Assembly: GCA_000320545.1 (NCBI GenBank)
Contig: ADNK01000427.1
Span: 1-64,000, forward strand
DNA length: 64,000 nucleotides
Direction: 5' to 3'
Origin: Bigelowiella natans CCMP2755
Lineage: Eukaryota; Protista; Cercozoa
The translations under genes and the position numbers were made by a program. Numbering within the stretch: the first letter of the stretch is position 1; every line of letters begins with the position of its first letter. The notes under the pieces are model-generated. The model did no database searches. It had not been told where the DNA came from and saw only the letters and a list, made by a program, of their open reading frames with translations. Below are positions 25,124 through 37,965 of this stretch, in pieces.

Positions 25124-25621
25124 GTCAGTTAGTCGTTCCAGTCGCATCCTTGGAATGTTGTCTCATGGCGGATGTTGCGAAAGTGCAGAATTTGTTGGAT
25201 CAACATCCATGAGTTTGCAGACTTCAAGATTGCATGAACCATCTCAGTAGTGATGAGGTGTTTTTGTTTTGTGTTGTTGTTGAAGAAAGTTAGTTAGTTA
25301 GTTAGTTGTCCTGTGCGCATCCTTGACTTCCCAGCTATGTTTCGTCACCGAATGCCTCCATTTTCTTCGAATCCTCTCACACTCTTACAATGTGATCTTG
25401 ATAATAATTAGTCCAATCCAAATTGCAACTACAACACCTAAAACAACAACCAAGAACAGCTCTAAATATCAGTCATTATCGGCAACAACACCTACAACAA
25501 CTTTAACGACAACGACAAAAATCACGCACGCTGTGTTTCCATCCACGAGGGGGGAGAGGAAGGAGAAACAGAGAAAGCACTGTGAAAGCATAGCTGTGAT
25601 TCGCTTCACACCTTAAACACA

Positions 25622-27373
25622 ATGGCGTTTCCTCGCCCTTCCCGCCGCCACCAACAATCTGTGAACAAGTACAAACAAGAGAGTGGACAGAAGGATGAAG
25701 GTTGCTCCAGATATTCTTGCCCGTTTCTGTTCAAATACTTAATGCTTTTTCAGGAAGAAAAACGCAGAACCATCAATGACATTTACATGCAAGTGTCACG
25801 TCCACGCATGCATGCACCCACACAAATGTATAGGATGATATTCTATACCTGCCTTGTGAGTTTTGGAACGGCATTGTATGCTGAGTGTGGTACGAGATGT
25901 TTTACATGATAATCATCTTTCAGTGAAGGTGGACTTCACCATAGATACCACGAGCTCTGGAGTCAGATGGTTAATCAACAAACAATTCTTAATATGATTA
26001 AATCATGCTAGTTTCCTACATATATGCTATTTGCTGCTGATACTTTACTCTAAACACTTCTTGCTGTTGCAATTGTAAGGTGGGAAAAGGCGGAAGAACC
26101 GAAAACCATATGGAGAGCCTGCGTCTCCAATGTTAGTCAGTAGCAGAGAAGATAATAGCATGACTTGTCCCATTGATAGAACCTGTTTTGATTTTGAATT
26201 GAATCAATAAAATATTTGCAAAATAGTATGAATGAGTGGATCAATGAATTACTAATAGGACGGCTTGGATTACTATGTCAACACTGAAACCGGTGAGACG
26301 ACGTGGGAGAAACCAGAGGAACTCATGACAGAGGTGCGATGGTCATAGTTGACCAACAATTAGCAGCCATCATCTATCTCTCACCTCAATATATGCTGTC
26401 GTTGCTCACAGGAGGAAATGAATAATAGCGGAGACTGGGTGTGGATTCCACATACAACTGAATGCTATGTTGCTGCAAAGATCTTGGAGCAATCGAATAG
26501 GAAAGTCATGGTTCAGTTGGTAATACTCAATTGTTGCTAATATATCGTGTATAGTGTCACCTATTGCTGCACAACTTTCATATCCATCCGCTACTATGTT
26601 TGGCATGCTAATTTGATGGGATACGTCCGTGTTGTAATTAGGAAAACGGTAAGAAGAAGAAAGTAGATTCATCTTCTGTGCAACCCCTTTTAAGATCATC
26701 TCTTAAGGTATACCATACCGATAAACATAGAAGTAGAAAAACGTAATATTATTCGATATAATTACTATTGCTCATCATATGTATTCATCATCAGAGGATT
26801 GTGGCTGATTTGACCCTATTGGATAATATGGGTTCTCCGTTGATTCTGCATTGTCTGAAGGTAATGGTAGTGGTGGTTGTGGTGGGGAGCGGCTGTAATG
26901 GCCTAATTTCCCAAATCGATAATTATTATATAAATCACAATGGCATTCAATTAAGCGGTCTCATTATCATCATCATCACCATCATCATTATCATGCCATA
27001 ATTATTTTTTCGTGTTGGCACTATCTTTGTTTATGCCACTAATAAATGACTGCTATCTATGCAATGCAGCGTCGATTCGAGCAAAATAAAATCTACACAA
27101 ACGTTGGGACCATTCTCATCTCTGTCAACCCTTACCAGCGCCTTCCATTATACACTGAGCAGGTAAAGATAACATAATTGATTTGATAATAAATGACGAT
27201 AGTTGCAACAATTTGTAGAGATCCTTGATGGTAAAAGAATTGTTGTTGTTGTTATTGTTGGTTTAGGTGTTAAAGAAATATACGTCACGTGGCCTTGGAG
27301 TTGTGGATATGCCCCCGCATGTTTTCAACATTGCTCATGATGTAAGAAGGGCTGTGAAGAAGAAGAAGAAAAA

Positions 27374-27409
<36 letters not shown>

Positions 27410-27616
27410 CATTGATACATACAGGAGTGGTGGTTTAGCAATGGAAATTCAAATTTGGCGTGATTTACTTGGCTATCAGGCTTTCTATGGTGTGACATCT
27501 TTTAGCAAAGGCCAGTCAATCATCATCTCGGTACGTGTTTATCAGACTCCAATCCGGTGTAGGAAAGGGGGTGGGTTGAATGTTGTTTGTATGTTGTGTA
27601 TTATGAACTCTACTTT

Positions 27617-27672
<56 letters not shown>

Positions 27673-28193
27673 CACACTGTGTGTGTATTGCATAGCATAT
27701 TACTGTATATTAAAACGTATATTATTATTATTATTATTATTATTATAATATTTTATTATCACTATTTATAGGGAGAGTCTGGAGCTGGAAAGACTGAGGC
27801 GACGAAACAATGCCTACAGTACCTGGCTGCCATTGCAGGGTCTACTTCTGATGTGGAGAAGAAGGTTGTATGATAATGATAATGATGATGATGAACGATG
27901 ATGGGAGCAATGAGAAATCCCAATGTATTTACATGTCAACTACTACTACTATTACTGCTATCTGAGATCTGTCTACTATCATCATCATCATCATCATCAT
28001 CATCTTCATCTTCCAAAGGTATTGCGGGCAAATCCAATATTGGAAGCATTTGGAAACGCAAAGTACGTACTGAGTCGTTACACTAAGTGTGATGACGCAT
28101 GTTGTAGTGGTTGCAGGCAAGGGAGAGAAAGAAAGGGGGGGGGGGGGGTCTTACACATTAGTAGCAGACACGAGATATTTTCATTTCCTAATG

Positions 28194-28236
<43 letters not shown>

Positions 28237-28881
28237 TTCTACTCATAGCTCCCTTTGACAACAATTTTGTAGAAACAATTGTATGATATATTTGCGCTAT
28301 TTGATTGAGTTATCATTTTAAACAAGGGAAGAAGTTTTTCCTTATATTTATTTGAAGGGATGATGATGTAATGAATCGATTAGAACTCTTCGCAATGATA
28401 ATTCAAGTCGCTTTGGGAAATATCTTGAGATATACCTCGACGAAAAGGTAGCATTGCAATCTGAACGAATTTAAAGAACAACCTTGTGGAACAATAATAC
28501 TGGAGGGGGAAGAGAGGGGGGGGGGGGTTCTTAAGAAGCAGCACCAGCAGAAGGAAGAGAAGGGGGAGGAGGAAGGGAAATTACGAGGAAGAACACAACT
28601 GAAGATCCAAGTTTGCTGCTGCTGCTGTTGCTCTGGTCGTACTACTACTACTACTACTACTAGGGACGTATTTCCAGTAGCGCCACCGAAAACTATCTAT
28701 TGGAGAAGATTAGAGTGGTACAGCCCTCTCTAAAGGTTGTAGTTGCATTAGAAGAAGTAGAACAAGTAAGAGGAGGAGGAGGAGGAGGAGGAGGAGAAAG
28801 GAGATTTGGGGATTAGAATATAGTAGAGATAGATGATGATGATGCACAAAAGAAATTTTCGTTCTTTGGTAGTGATATATG

Positions 28882-28932
<51 letters not shown>

Positions 28933-30353
28933 AATATTATTTACTTTCAATACTCATAGAAACATGCAGGTACCACCACCAGCACTGATACTAGTGTTAT
29001 TTTGTCCCTGTACTACCTATATTACCAAAGGAGAGGAACTTTCACATCTTCTATCAATTGGTAAAAGCAGCATCATCGAAGCTTCGTCAAAAGCTAAAAC
29101 TGAAAGAAGATGCTGGAAAATACAAGTTAGTTCAGTTATTTCAGTGCCGGTTTTGGCTCATTAATATTATTGTTGTTGTAGCTATTATCACATTCTTGCG
29201 GTAAGACTGAGAAGTAGCATGTTTTATGTTTCATAATCTTCGAAATGCATGCACGCACACACGCACACACGCGCACACGTACACACTAATGGTGGTGGTT
29301 ATCTATTCTCTGCGAAAACAACAGTTATCTCAAGAGTTGCACAGATGTGCCAAGTATCGACGATACACGCGACTACAAGGAAGTGATTGAAGCTTTTCGC
29401 GAATTAGGGATTTCAGATAGTGAGCGTGAGCAAACCTTTAGAATCTGTGCGGCCATTCTCCACCTCGGTAACTGCACGTTCACCGATGGTAAAAACCATT
29501 CTGGAGGGTGCCAGGTCAATGAAAAGGCTGTTCTGCGAGACGCTGCAGAGCTGCTGGGCGTGAATGGGGACAAATTATTGGAAAGACTGACGACAAGGGA
29601 GATTCGGGTAAGAGGCCAATCTGCTGCTAAAGCTGTGATGGGGGCAGAGGAAGCCAGTGATACGAGACATGCTTTATGCAAGTTTGTCTATGGAAGAATG
29701 TTTGACTGGATTGTGGCCAGAATAAACAAATCAATGCCGGGAGGAGGAGGAGGAAGGGTGAGTACTTGATTTCGTTATTATTATTATTATTATAAATAAT
29801 AATAATCTTCTCTATTGGGAGAACATCTACCTTTGCATGACATCACAATTAGTACATAACTGTCCTCAATTTATTATCACTAATAATACTGCTACTACTA
29901 TTGCTACCGAATAGCTCCGTCAAGACAACAAGAACAACAAGAAGAACCTTCCAACGAAAAAGTCTATTGGAATATTGGACATTTTTGGATTCGAAATATT
30001 TGAGAAGAATTCTTTCGAGCAGCTCTGCATCAACTTTACGAATGAGCGGCTCCAGCAACACTTCAATAGGCACACGTTCAAGCTTGAGCAAAACATATAC
30101 TGTTCTGAAGGAATTGACTTCGATGAAATAGATTACATTGACAATCAGGTAAAATATGGCATCTTAACTCAAACCGTACTCCTTTCACACTTAAACAATG
30201 TTCCAATGTATCACATCGTCGCAATCATGGTTATCATCGACATCATATGGCTATCAGGCTATAGTTGCAATAGTAATTCTCATATGAATCTTTTGTATTT
30301 GATGTGCTATGTAGTAGTATTTACGATGATGCTTTTAGCAGCAGAGCGCAGTA

Positions 30354-30386
<33 letters not shown>

Positions 30387-32894
30387 GCTAACTACCAAAA
30401 CTTGCAGCCAATGGTGGATCTCATTACGAAAAAACCTCACGGTGTACTGCCGCTCTTGGACGAAGAGCTTAGAATTCCTAAAGGGTCTGATGAGACGTTT
30501 CTTGCCAAGCTTGAAACGAAACAATGCAAAAACCCTGTCTTCAAACGACAGATGAAGAAGAGAGCTCATTTCGCTATCAAACATTATGCGGGGAAAGTAT
30601 TATATCACTGCAAAGGATTCTTGGAGAAGAATAGAGACACCTTAACTGAGGACTTAGTCGAAATATTACAAACTTCAAATCAACCCCTTTTGCAAGAGCT
30701 TTACCCTAGCGACATGCAAATATCTTCAAAGCAACGGAAAAGCTCTCTTGCTACTCAATTTCAACAGCAGTTGACCAGGCTGATGCATAGTCTCAATGCC
30801 ACGCAACCCCACTATATCCGTTGCATCAAGCCCAACAACGATAAAGCGCCGATGAAGTTTGTAGCGAAGAATTGTCACGAACAGCTGCTGTATTCAGGGG
30901 TGTTTGAGGCAGTTGCAATACGAAAGCAAGGTTTTCCTTTCAGACTATCTCATGAGGAATTCGAGAAAAGATACAGCATCTGCCTCGGCAAGACGTCCGC
31001 ACTTTCAAATCAATCCTCAGTGAAGGGACGATGCAAGCTGATTCTCAACGAAATGAAATGCGATCCCAAGAATACCCGTATTGGATCTTCTCGTGTGCTG
31101 TACAGGGCGGAGGAGCACAAGAAGCTTGAGCTAAGGAGATCTATTAAAGTCAAGAATCAAGAGATAACGGATGCTTTGCGTAAACTGTCGCGTGTGGATG
31201 CAAACACAATGTCCCCCAACGAGAGGGAGTCTTACTTTATTCGCCTTGCAGAGGCGGTTGCAGAGGCAGATAAATTTCGAGTCAAGACGCCAGATGCTAA
31301 CAAGGCTAGAAAACTACTCGAAGCTTTTGTAGAAGCCAGAATGGACCCCAAAACGAAAAAAGACCTGCAAAAAGCCTATGATTCCAAGGATCTTAAGCTT
31401 CTCAAAACAGTTCTTGCGAGGTGTGAAAAGGAAGGATATCGTACAAAACTAACTCGAAACTGCCAGGAACTATTATCTAAAATCGAGGATGCTGAGGCAG
31501 CATTGGCAGTGGCAATGAAAACTATGGAAGAAGATCATTTGGAGAAAGCTGTTGCTATGTGCGATGAATTCCAATATAAAGGCGTTCACGCAAATGCCGG
31601 CAGACAAATGTTGAAAAATGTTCGCAAAGCAAAGATGGGCATTACAAGGGCAATGTCAAAGATGAAGCGCAAGTGGTTAAATCAGGCAGTTGCATTCTGT
31701 GATTCTATTGGTCTTGACAATTCTCAGGTACAAGAATGCAAGTTGATAGCACAAAAGGTTAATGTTTGTCACAAAATGCTCACGGCAGCCAAAAAAGCCG
31801 TGGATCTCCGAAAACTAGAAAAGTCGCTCAAGGCATGCGAAAAGATAAGGTATCGTTCTCCACTCGAGCATGAGGTGCGTGGTCTGTGCTTTCGTGTACG
31901 TCGAATCACAGAAGAGCTTCAATCAGGATGGAAGCATTGCAGAGAGGAGCAAGTACGTGCTGTAGTTGCAGCAGCGGATGAAATCAAGATGCCAGGTGAT
32001 GATAAAATCAAGAAATGGCGTGCGTTGGTGTACGGAAATTACGACGATTTTCTTCGTGAGCAGTATCAACATGCTAAAAAGCAGAAAGACCACGACAGGG
32101 CAGTGCGTGTCATGGTCCGAAGGAAAGACCTCTTGATTCAAGAAAAGGGAGATCAATTCCTCCTTCACAAGTACCCTAAACTTAAGGAACCATTAGTCTG
32201 GGCAAAGGAGAAATGGTGGGGTAGCAGTGAAAAACGTGCCGCAAACATGTTACGGTTCCAATGGGAAAGTTTACATGCGCCTCTAACGACTGAACTTAAC
32301 GCATTGCGCGAGACAGACAGAAGGAGCTACAAGCTAATCGCTCGAAAAGTCACTGCTTGCTTCGAAACCATCCAGAAGTACATGGGCCAGCGTAACACAT
32401 CCAGGATGCCGCAACGAATTAAAGAGCTCATTGCAGACGCACTTGGAACTGAACAAGTCAGAACAAACTGCTACATCTCTTTCATCAAGCAATGTACTGA
32501 AAACCCGGATGCTGAAAAAAATGAAAAAATTCCTCGAGTCTGGGAGCTGCTTGCGTTATGCCTTTCCATCTTTCCACCGAGCGAAGACTTTGAAGACTAT
32601 TTGGAAGCATGGCTCAGGAAGCCAAGCGTCAAGGAAAATGGAGACAAACATCATCTGAGAGGATTATTAAGGAGTGCGGTATATTCTGGGGCTGACACAA
32701 AAGCTGCATCGATATCTATGGAGGAATTACAAGATGTTAAACAAGTGCTTTCGCACCGTGTAGACCCGATGCGATTTGCCCGGCCGAAATATGCGAAAAG
32801 CGGGAAAAATGCTCCAAACTGGACAGATCTCACAAAGAGTTACTATCAGAAAGGCGCGACTCTTAACAGTAAAAACGTAGAAAGATTTAGTTGA
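25622..32894 (+). CDS. Unconventional myosin: N-terminal WW domain(s), motor domain, helical tail, C-terminal MyTH4-like domain; many exons
   Basis: [16 protein letters not shown] (WW), [64 protein letters not shown]; tail IQKYMG...FIKQCTENP...[14 protein letters not shown]. Confidence 0.95.
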
Positions 32895-33796
32895 CAGGTG
32901 GCTTCATCCTGGACGACGACTTATTCTTGTGTCTATGCCATGATGCAGAAGCGAATCACGAAGTCGCCAGCCAATATCTCGTGAATCGCATTGAAAATGC
33001 TTGCTCAAACGTGTTCATTAATATACAGTCTGTGTTTATATATGTTCTTATGCACGATGCCATATTTCTCACTTGCATCGTTCATGCCGTTCAGCAATAG
33101 AGTCCCTTGTGTGCTGGAGTTTGCATTGAAGAATAACTTCAAACACCAGCCCCCCAATAACTGTAAGTTTAGTCTACGGTGTGAATTAGGCATAGACATC
33201 GTACTCGCGTATATCCCAGCGGTGAATACGTGCTATAACCATGCGCTTATGCTAGCATGGCCAGCACGCTGATGCTTGCTTCTAATCCAATAGTCGCCTG
33301 GGCTTTAAAAGTGCTATGTGTTGCCGTGTACACGTGCTGCATGTGGCCAGGCCACGCTTCACATGCGTTAATACTGCTCGCGGCTGGCTATATGCAGTAT
33401 CGATCGTGTTTACATTCGTTCTAGCAATAATGGCCACGTATGTAATATACACGATCGAGGCTAGGTAATTTATTCTGTATTGCTCTGCATAATGTCTAAA
33501 TTAAACGCGGCGCGTAGCGTAAGAATGTGTGCAAATTTAATGGACTTACCGAGATATATCCGCATTACACTGCTAGCTAGCTAGCCAGTTCATTAGCCTT
33601 CGCGGCTGAATAATGCATTTTCTTTTCCTATTGCTAATAACTTGTAAGACACGCACACACAAACACACACACTACAATGGCAGAATAATTGTATCTATGT
33701 AGATCTAGAGATCAACGCGAGTAGAATCTTGGCCGCATAAGGAGTTTCCTTCTCCTCGAGAGAAACAGGCATCCTTGCTTGTAGAGCTAAGCTTTT

Positions 33797-35779
33797 CTAG
33801 CAAAATAGTTTAATTGTTTTGTCCGCCCCACTGCTGAATACCCAAGGCTGTGTGGGGTGGAAGGCGCAATCTAGCACACCCAACCCTTGAACGGGTTTGT
33901 GGGCACTGATTACCTTCACGGGAACAATCATTGGATTTGTCAGAAGATCTTCGAACACTTTCCCATGGAATAATAGAACTTTACCATCGTCAGATGCAGA
34001 AGCAAATAGAGGGTATCTCTGGTGAAAACCAACTTGTCGCACTGCTTTTTCGTGGTACTTCATGCTCTTGTACGGTCGGTCTGATAGGTCCAGGTCATAC
34101 CAACACACGCGGCAATCATAGCTGCCAACTATGAGATGATCACCAGAAGGATGAATGCTCAGACTCGATATCCATTTAGCTGGGCATTGAAGTTTCTTAA
34201 TCATAGCTTGCTTTGTTAGGTTATAAATACGGATGTGCCGTTTTGTGGCAACGAAGAACAGTGGCTTGTCTGGGTGGAACGCAACCTTCTGGACGTAACC
34301 TTTACTCTTTGAAAAGGGGATATGTGTTTTACCTTTCGATACTCTGTGTATCTGCACAGAGATAGATGTGGAATCAGTGGATGCAGCTGCTAGGTAGTCT
34401 CCCTTTACGTGCCATACAAGAGATTTCATTCTCTTTTTCACGTCGATTACCATTCGATATCCTGTTCCTGATTTTTCCTCTTCTCGACGCCATTTTATCT
34501 TTACCTGCTCTTGATCCCCGCAGTCAGTTGAGAAGAGATTTGCCACTGCTGCATGCTGTTCAGCACTTGCAGTTGTCGTGTGTACCAAAGTTATTTTCTC
34601 ATATGTGGCAATAGCGAGTATTGGCGTTTCTGGATTTGGATTCCATGCAACTACGTCGATTACTTCATCGAATTCATACTTATGCTTGCATCTTCCGGTC
34701 AGTACTTCCCATATGTACACACTCTTGTCATCCGAACCCGATGCTAGCCATTGGCCATCAGGGCTAATGGAAATAGTTCTGACCTTTTCTTGATGCCCCT
34801 CGTATGTCACCAAACATTCTGTTGGGAATGGCTTAAGCGTGTCAGGACTTGGCAACTTTGGAACAAGACTCTCAGGGTCAATATTCAGCCTCTTTTTCCT
34901 AGCTCTTGGGCATAGGTAAAGATCCAAACATCGTTCGAAACGCTCCTTGACAAAATTATCATATCCAGAAACTTCGCGTAAAGAGTCGAATTTCATGGGA
35001 ATGAAATCATAAGGCCGGTCCTCGGGGGCATCTAATGCCCACTTCGCCTTCTCTTCTTCCGTAGGTAGATACTCCGGTGGCGGATTGTAAGACTCAGCGT
35101 GTCCAGGTAACTTCATTTTTGGAGCCGGGATATGATGTTGGGGTAGCGATTTGCTTGAGTCTGTATCCCAGATGAGGTAAGGCTTCGGCTTGGTGTCTTC
35201 AGGCTCTGCTTTGCGAATCCAACCATTCCGGATAGCCCGAACAATTCGAGCGACCATTTTCTCCTCGTGCTTTGAAGGAATGAAACTTCGTTTCGGTGCA
35301 GTTGCGTTGTGGAGCGACTCTATGATTGGTTGAGAGGTGGGGGTATAATCCTTGTAAGGATCGAAGCCACGATCGGGAAACTTTCCCTGCCTTATTCGAT
35401 GAACTATATCCATTTCTTCCTTCGATAGGACAATTTTCTCATCATTTAACTTGTCATATATTGTGCGCCAACGATCTTTATCGTCAGTGCGTGAAAGAAA
35501 TTCATCAAGAGCGTCTCCTCTATCCTTTCGGAGAATCTTCTCGCCAGTGACAGAGTAGCCTATATGATCTTCTTCATCGTACCACTCCAAAGGCACATTA
35601 CCTATTCTATTTTTCTCCCCAACTTCATCCTCCGAATCTGAGAGCTCAGCTAAGTTGCCTTGGTCATCCTCTTCCTCACCTTCGCTGCTGTCGATTTCGT
35701 ATTCGTCTTCATCGGAATCATCGAGCTTCGACGGGTCGCTGAGGGAGTCTGAAGCTTCACCCGTGCGCGAGGTATCCAT
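33797..35779 (-). CDS. BOP1: Ribosome biogenesis protein BOP1/ERB1, intronless
   Basis: NRIGNVPLEWY, LPGHAESYNPPPEYL, ERFERCLDLYLCPR, WD40 repeats, FHPTQPWVFSSGAD. Confidence 0.97.
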   Translation of the reverse strand: MDTSRTGEASDSLSDPSKLDDSDEDEYEIDSSEGEEEDDQGNLAELSDSEDEVGEKNRIGNVPLEWYDEEDHIGYSVTGEKILRKDRGDALDEFLSRTDDKDRWRTIYDKLNDEKIVLSKEEMDIVHRIRQGKFPDRGFDPYKDYTPTSQPIIESLHNATAPKRSFIPSKHEEKMVARIVRAIRNGWIRKAEPEDTKPKPYLIWDTDSSKSLPQHHIPAPKMKLPGHAESYNPPPEYLPTEEEKAKWALDAPEDRPYDFIPMKFDSLREVSGYDNFVKERFERCLDLYLCPRARKKRLNIDPESLVPKLPSPDTLKPFPTECLVTYEGHQEKVRTISISPDGQWLASGSDDKSVYIWEVLTGRCKHKYEFDEVIDVVAWNPNPETPILAIATYEKITLVHTTTASAEQHAAVANLFSTDCGDQEQVKIKWRREEEKSGTGYRMVIDVKKRMKSLVWHVKGDYLAAASTDSTSISVQIHRVSKGKTHIPFSKSKGYVQKVAFHPDKPLFFVATKRHIRIYNLTKQAMIKKLQCPAKWISSLSIHPSGDHLIVGSYDCRVCWYDLDLSDRPYKSMKYHEKAVRQVGFHQRYPLFASASDDGKVLLFHGKVFEDLLTNPMIVPVKVISAHKPVQGLGVLDCAFHPTQPWVFSSGADKTIKLFC

Positions 35780-36091
35780 GATACCTTCAATATTTCAAAT
35801 GTGAGTATATATGGAGAAGCTTCGCAAACGAAAAGAAATCATATGAGAGGAAGATGTGCTAAACATGGAACAAAATAAGCACTTTCGACGAGGCAGGTGG
35901 GGGAGGCGAGCCGGCGAGCCGCCAATGATGTCGGATATGATACGGGGAATTTCTCAAATTTTCCGTTGTCGCATGTGAATAATGCAGGCCATTTTTTATG
36001 TTGTATTTCTCAACTCAAGGCAAACCCGTTTCACAAACCTTGGAACTCATTTCCCCCCTCCCTGTCCACACCAATCTCCATTGAACTTGAC

Positions 36092-37412
36092 ATGGACGCC
36101 AAGGCAAATTCTAAAGGAACGAGTCCGATATCAATGGTGAATGACATCAAGCAGCAGCTGGTGCAGAGACTGGAACCGGTAAAACGTGTAACATGCGATA
36201 CATTATGTTGCTGGTCATTGTTGAACCTGACAAACAATTGTTACTTCCAGGAACCATTCCAAGATGTTGCTGGGAAGTTAAAAACCAAGGGCTCGGTAAT
36301 GGAACATGCAAAGTGTTTGTGGGCAATGCGTGAATAGTCGGGAGAAAATAGCTTACGAATGAAATCTTTGGCACTTATATTAAAAAAATAATAACCGTAA
36401 TGTATCATGTACGAGCTAATGTATTTCCAAAAATATTAGGGCGCCAAAACCTCTATCGAAGACATTCTAAATGCAGTCTTGCCACCAAGGTAAAGATTAG
36501 AAACTTTTCGAGTTTATCATAAAAATTGCGCCTGAATTATTACATTTACATTAAAGGGTGTATCTGGATGGAAAGGGCAACAAAATGATGATGAGGGCAT
36601 CACCAACAAAGTCATCCAGAGATGACGTCATCAAACTGCAAATTAGATTGGACACGCTTCTCCAAGAACGGCAAGCAAGGGAGACCGGAATCTGTCCCGT
36701 GCGAGAGGAGCTGTACGCACAGTGTTTCGGTATTAGCCTGCACGTAAAAATTAATTCGTACGAGATATATTTCTTGATATTTTAATTAAGAATAGTTTGT
36801 AATTTAAGGTCGTTTAGCATAGTCATAATAAAGAAGAGATTTTAAATTATCTTCTGATTGTGAGCTACTTATACTGTTCCGATATTTGACAAAACAAATA
36901 ATAACCTCTTGTACGTGTGGATAACGATACCGCAGAATAACCATATCAATACGATATTTTGTCATTGTATGGATTTCATTTTCAGAGGAACTCATTAGGC
37001 AAGTGACCGTCGAGTGTCCTGAACGTGGGCTTTTGCTTCTACGTATCAAAGACGAAATCACTATGACGTTAGATGCCTACCAAACCCTCTACTCTGGTAG
37101 CATTACTTTTGGAATGAGGAAAGCTTTGCAAGTAGAGAAGGGTGGATCTGTCTTGGGGAAAAAAATCAATGATCTTGAGGAACGTCGTAAGAAATTACTT
37201 ACAAGGTTACAACAAGAGACCAGCAAGACTGAGCTGCTTGAGAAGCGCATTGCTGAGAAAAAGACAGCTGAAGAGAAGAGAATGCAATCTGAGAAGGAAT
37301 TTTTGAGTTTTCAGGTCTGAGAATTTGATTCGCATAATTTGAACCACCTTGACAGTTTGTTTTTATTTAAAAGGCTAAGCATCTGGAGACGTTCTTGAAG
37401 ACTTTGAAATGA
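36092..37412 (+). CDS. DNALI1: Axonemal inner-arm dynein light intermediate chain p28, multi-exon
   Basis: EDILNAVLPPR, RQARETGICPVREELYAQCF, ELIRQVTVECPERGLLLLRIKDE, FGMRKALQ. Confidence 0.95.
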
Positions 37413-37871
37413 ATCATGTCTTAACGATCGATCGCGATGATGGGAATTACGCATCCTACATCTTATTATTACATGACTATCACAGTCAACGATGCATTCA
37501 TTTTGGCTGTGATGTAGTGGCTAGTTTGATGTAACAAAATTTTGTTAAGCCCAGTCAACTATCTAATTGATTTTACAATTTACTTGTGCAATGAGCGTCG
37601 ATCTCGCAAGTACCATAAACTCACATCATCATTATATGCTCATTGCACACGATTGACGACCATGTTGCGCAGCTCATCGCATCAATGCCCCACATGATCA
37701 CTTAGGAGCCTTTAAGGCTTTAAGCGTGTACGTGTATGTAACACATATGTATCCATGTTGTTCATGTGCATGAAATATATAGTAGGCGCAGACACACATG
37801 TACTTTTCATGTCCGCACGTGTATACCAAGCGCATTCACACACATGTGTTCTAGCAAACATATATGTAATG

Positions 37872-37965
37872 ATACAATTTAAGCGCTGTAGCCGCTACAT
37901 TGCACAGCTACATTAGGATGACCATTGAAAAAATTTAAATCTTTCATTACATCCGTCTCATATAT
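37872..37965 (+). repeat. Dispersed repeat family R2 copy (most TpA-intact)
   Basis: Near-identical to 14961-15045. Confidence 0.85.

Noticed and set aside
21260-25260. TpG/CpA excess explained by CpG methylation decay
   Set aside because: CpG remains abundant (cgcgcgcg, cgtcg, tcgatcg) and aligned repeat copies keep their CpGs; the differences are concentrated at TpA
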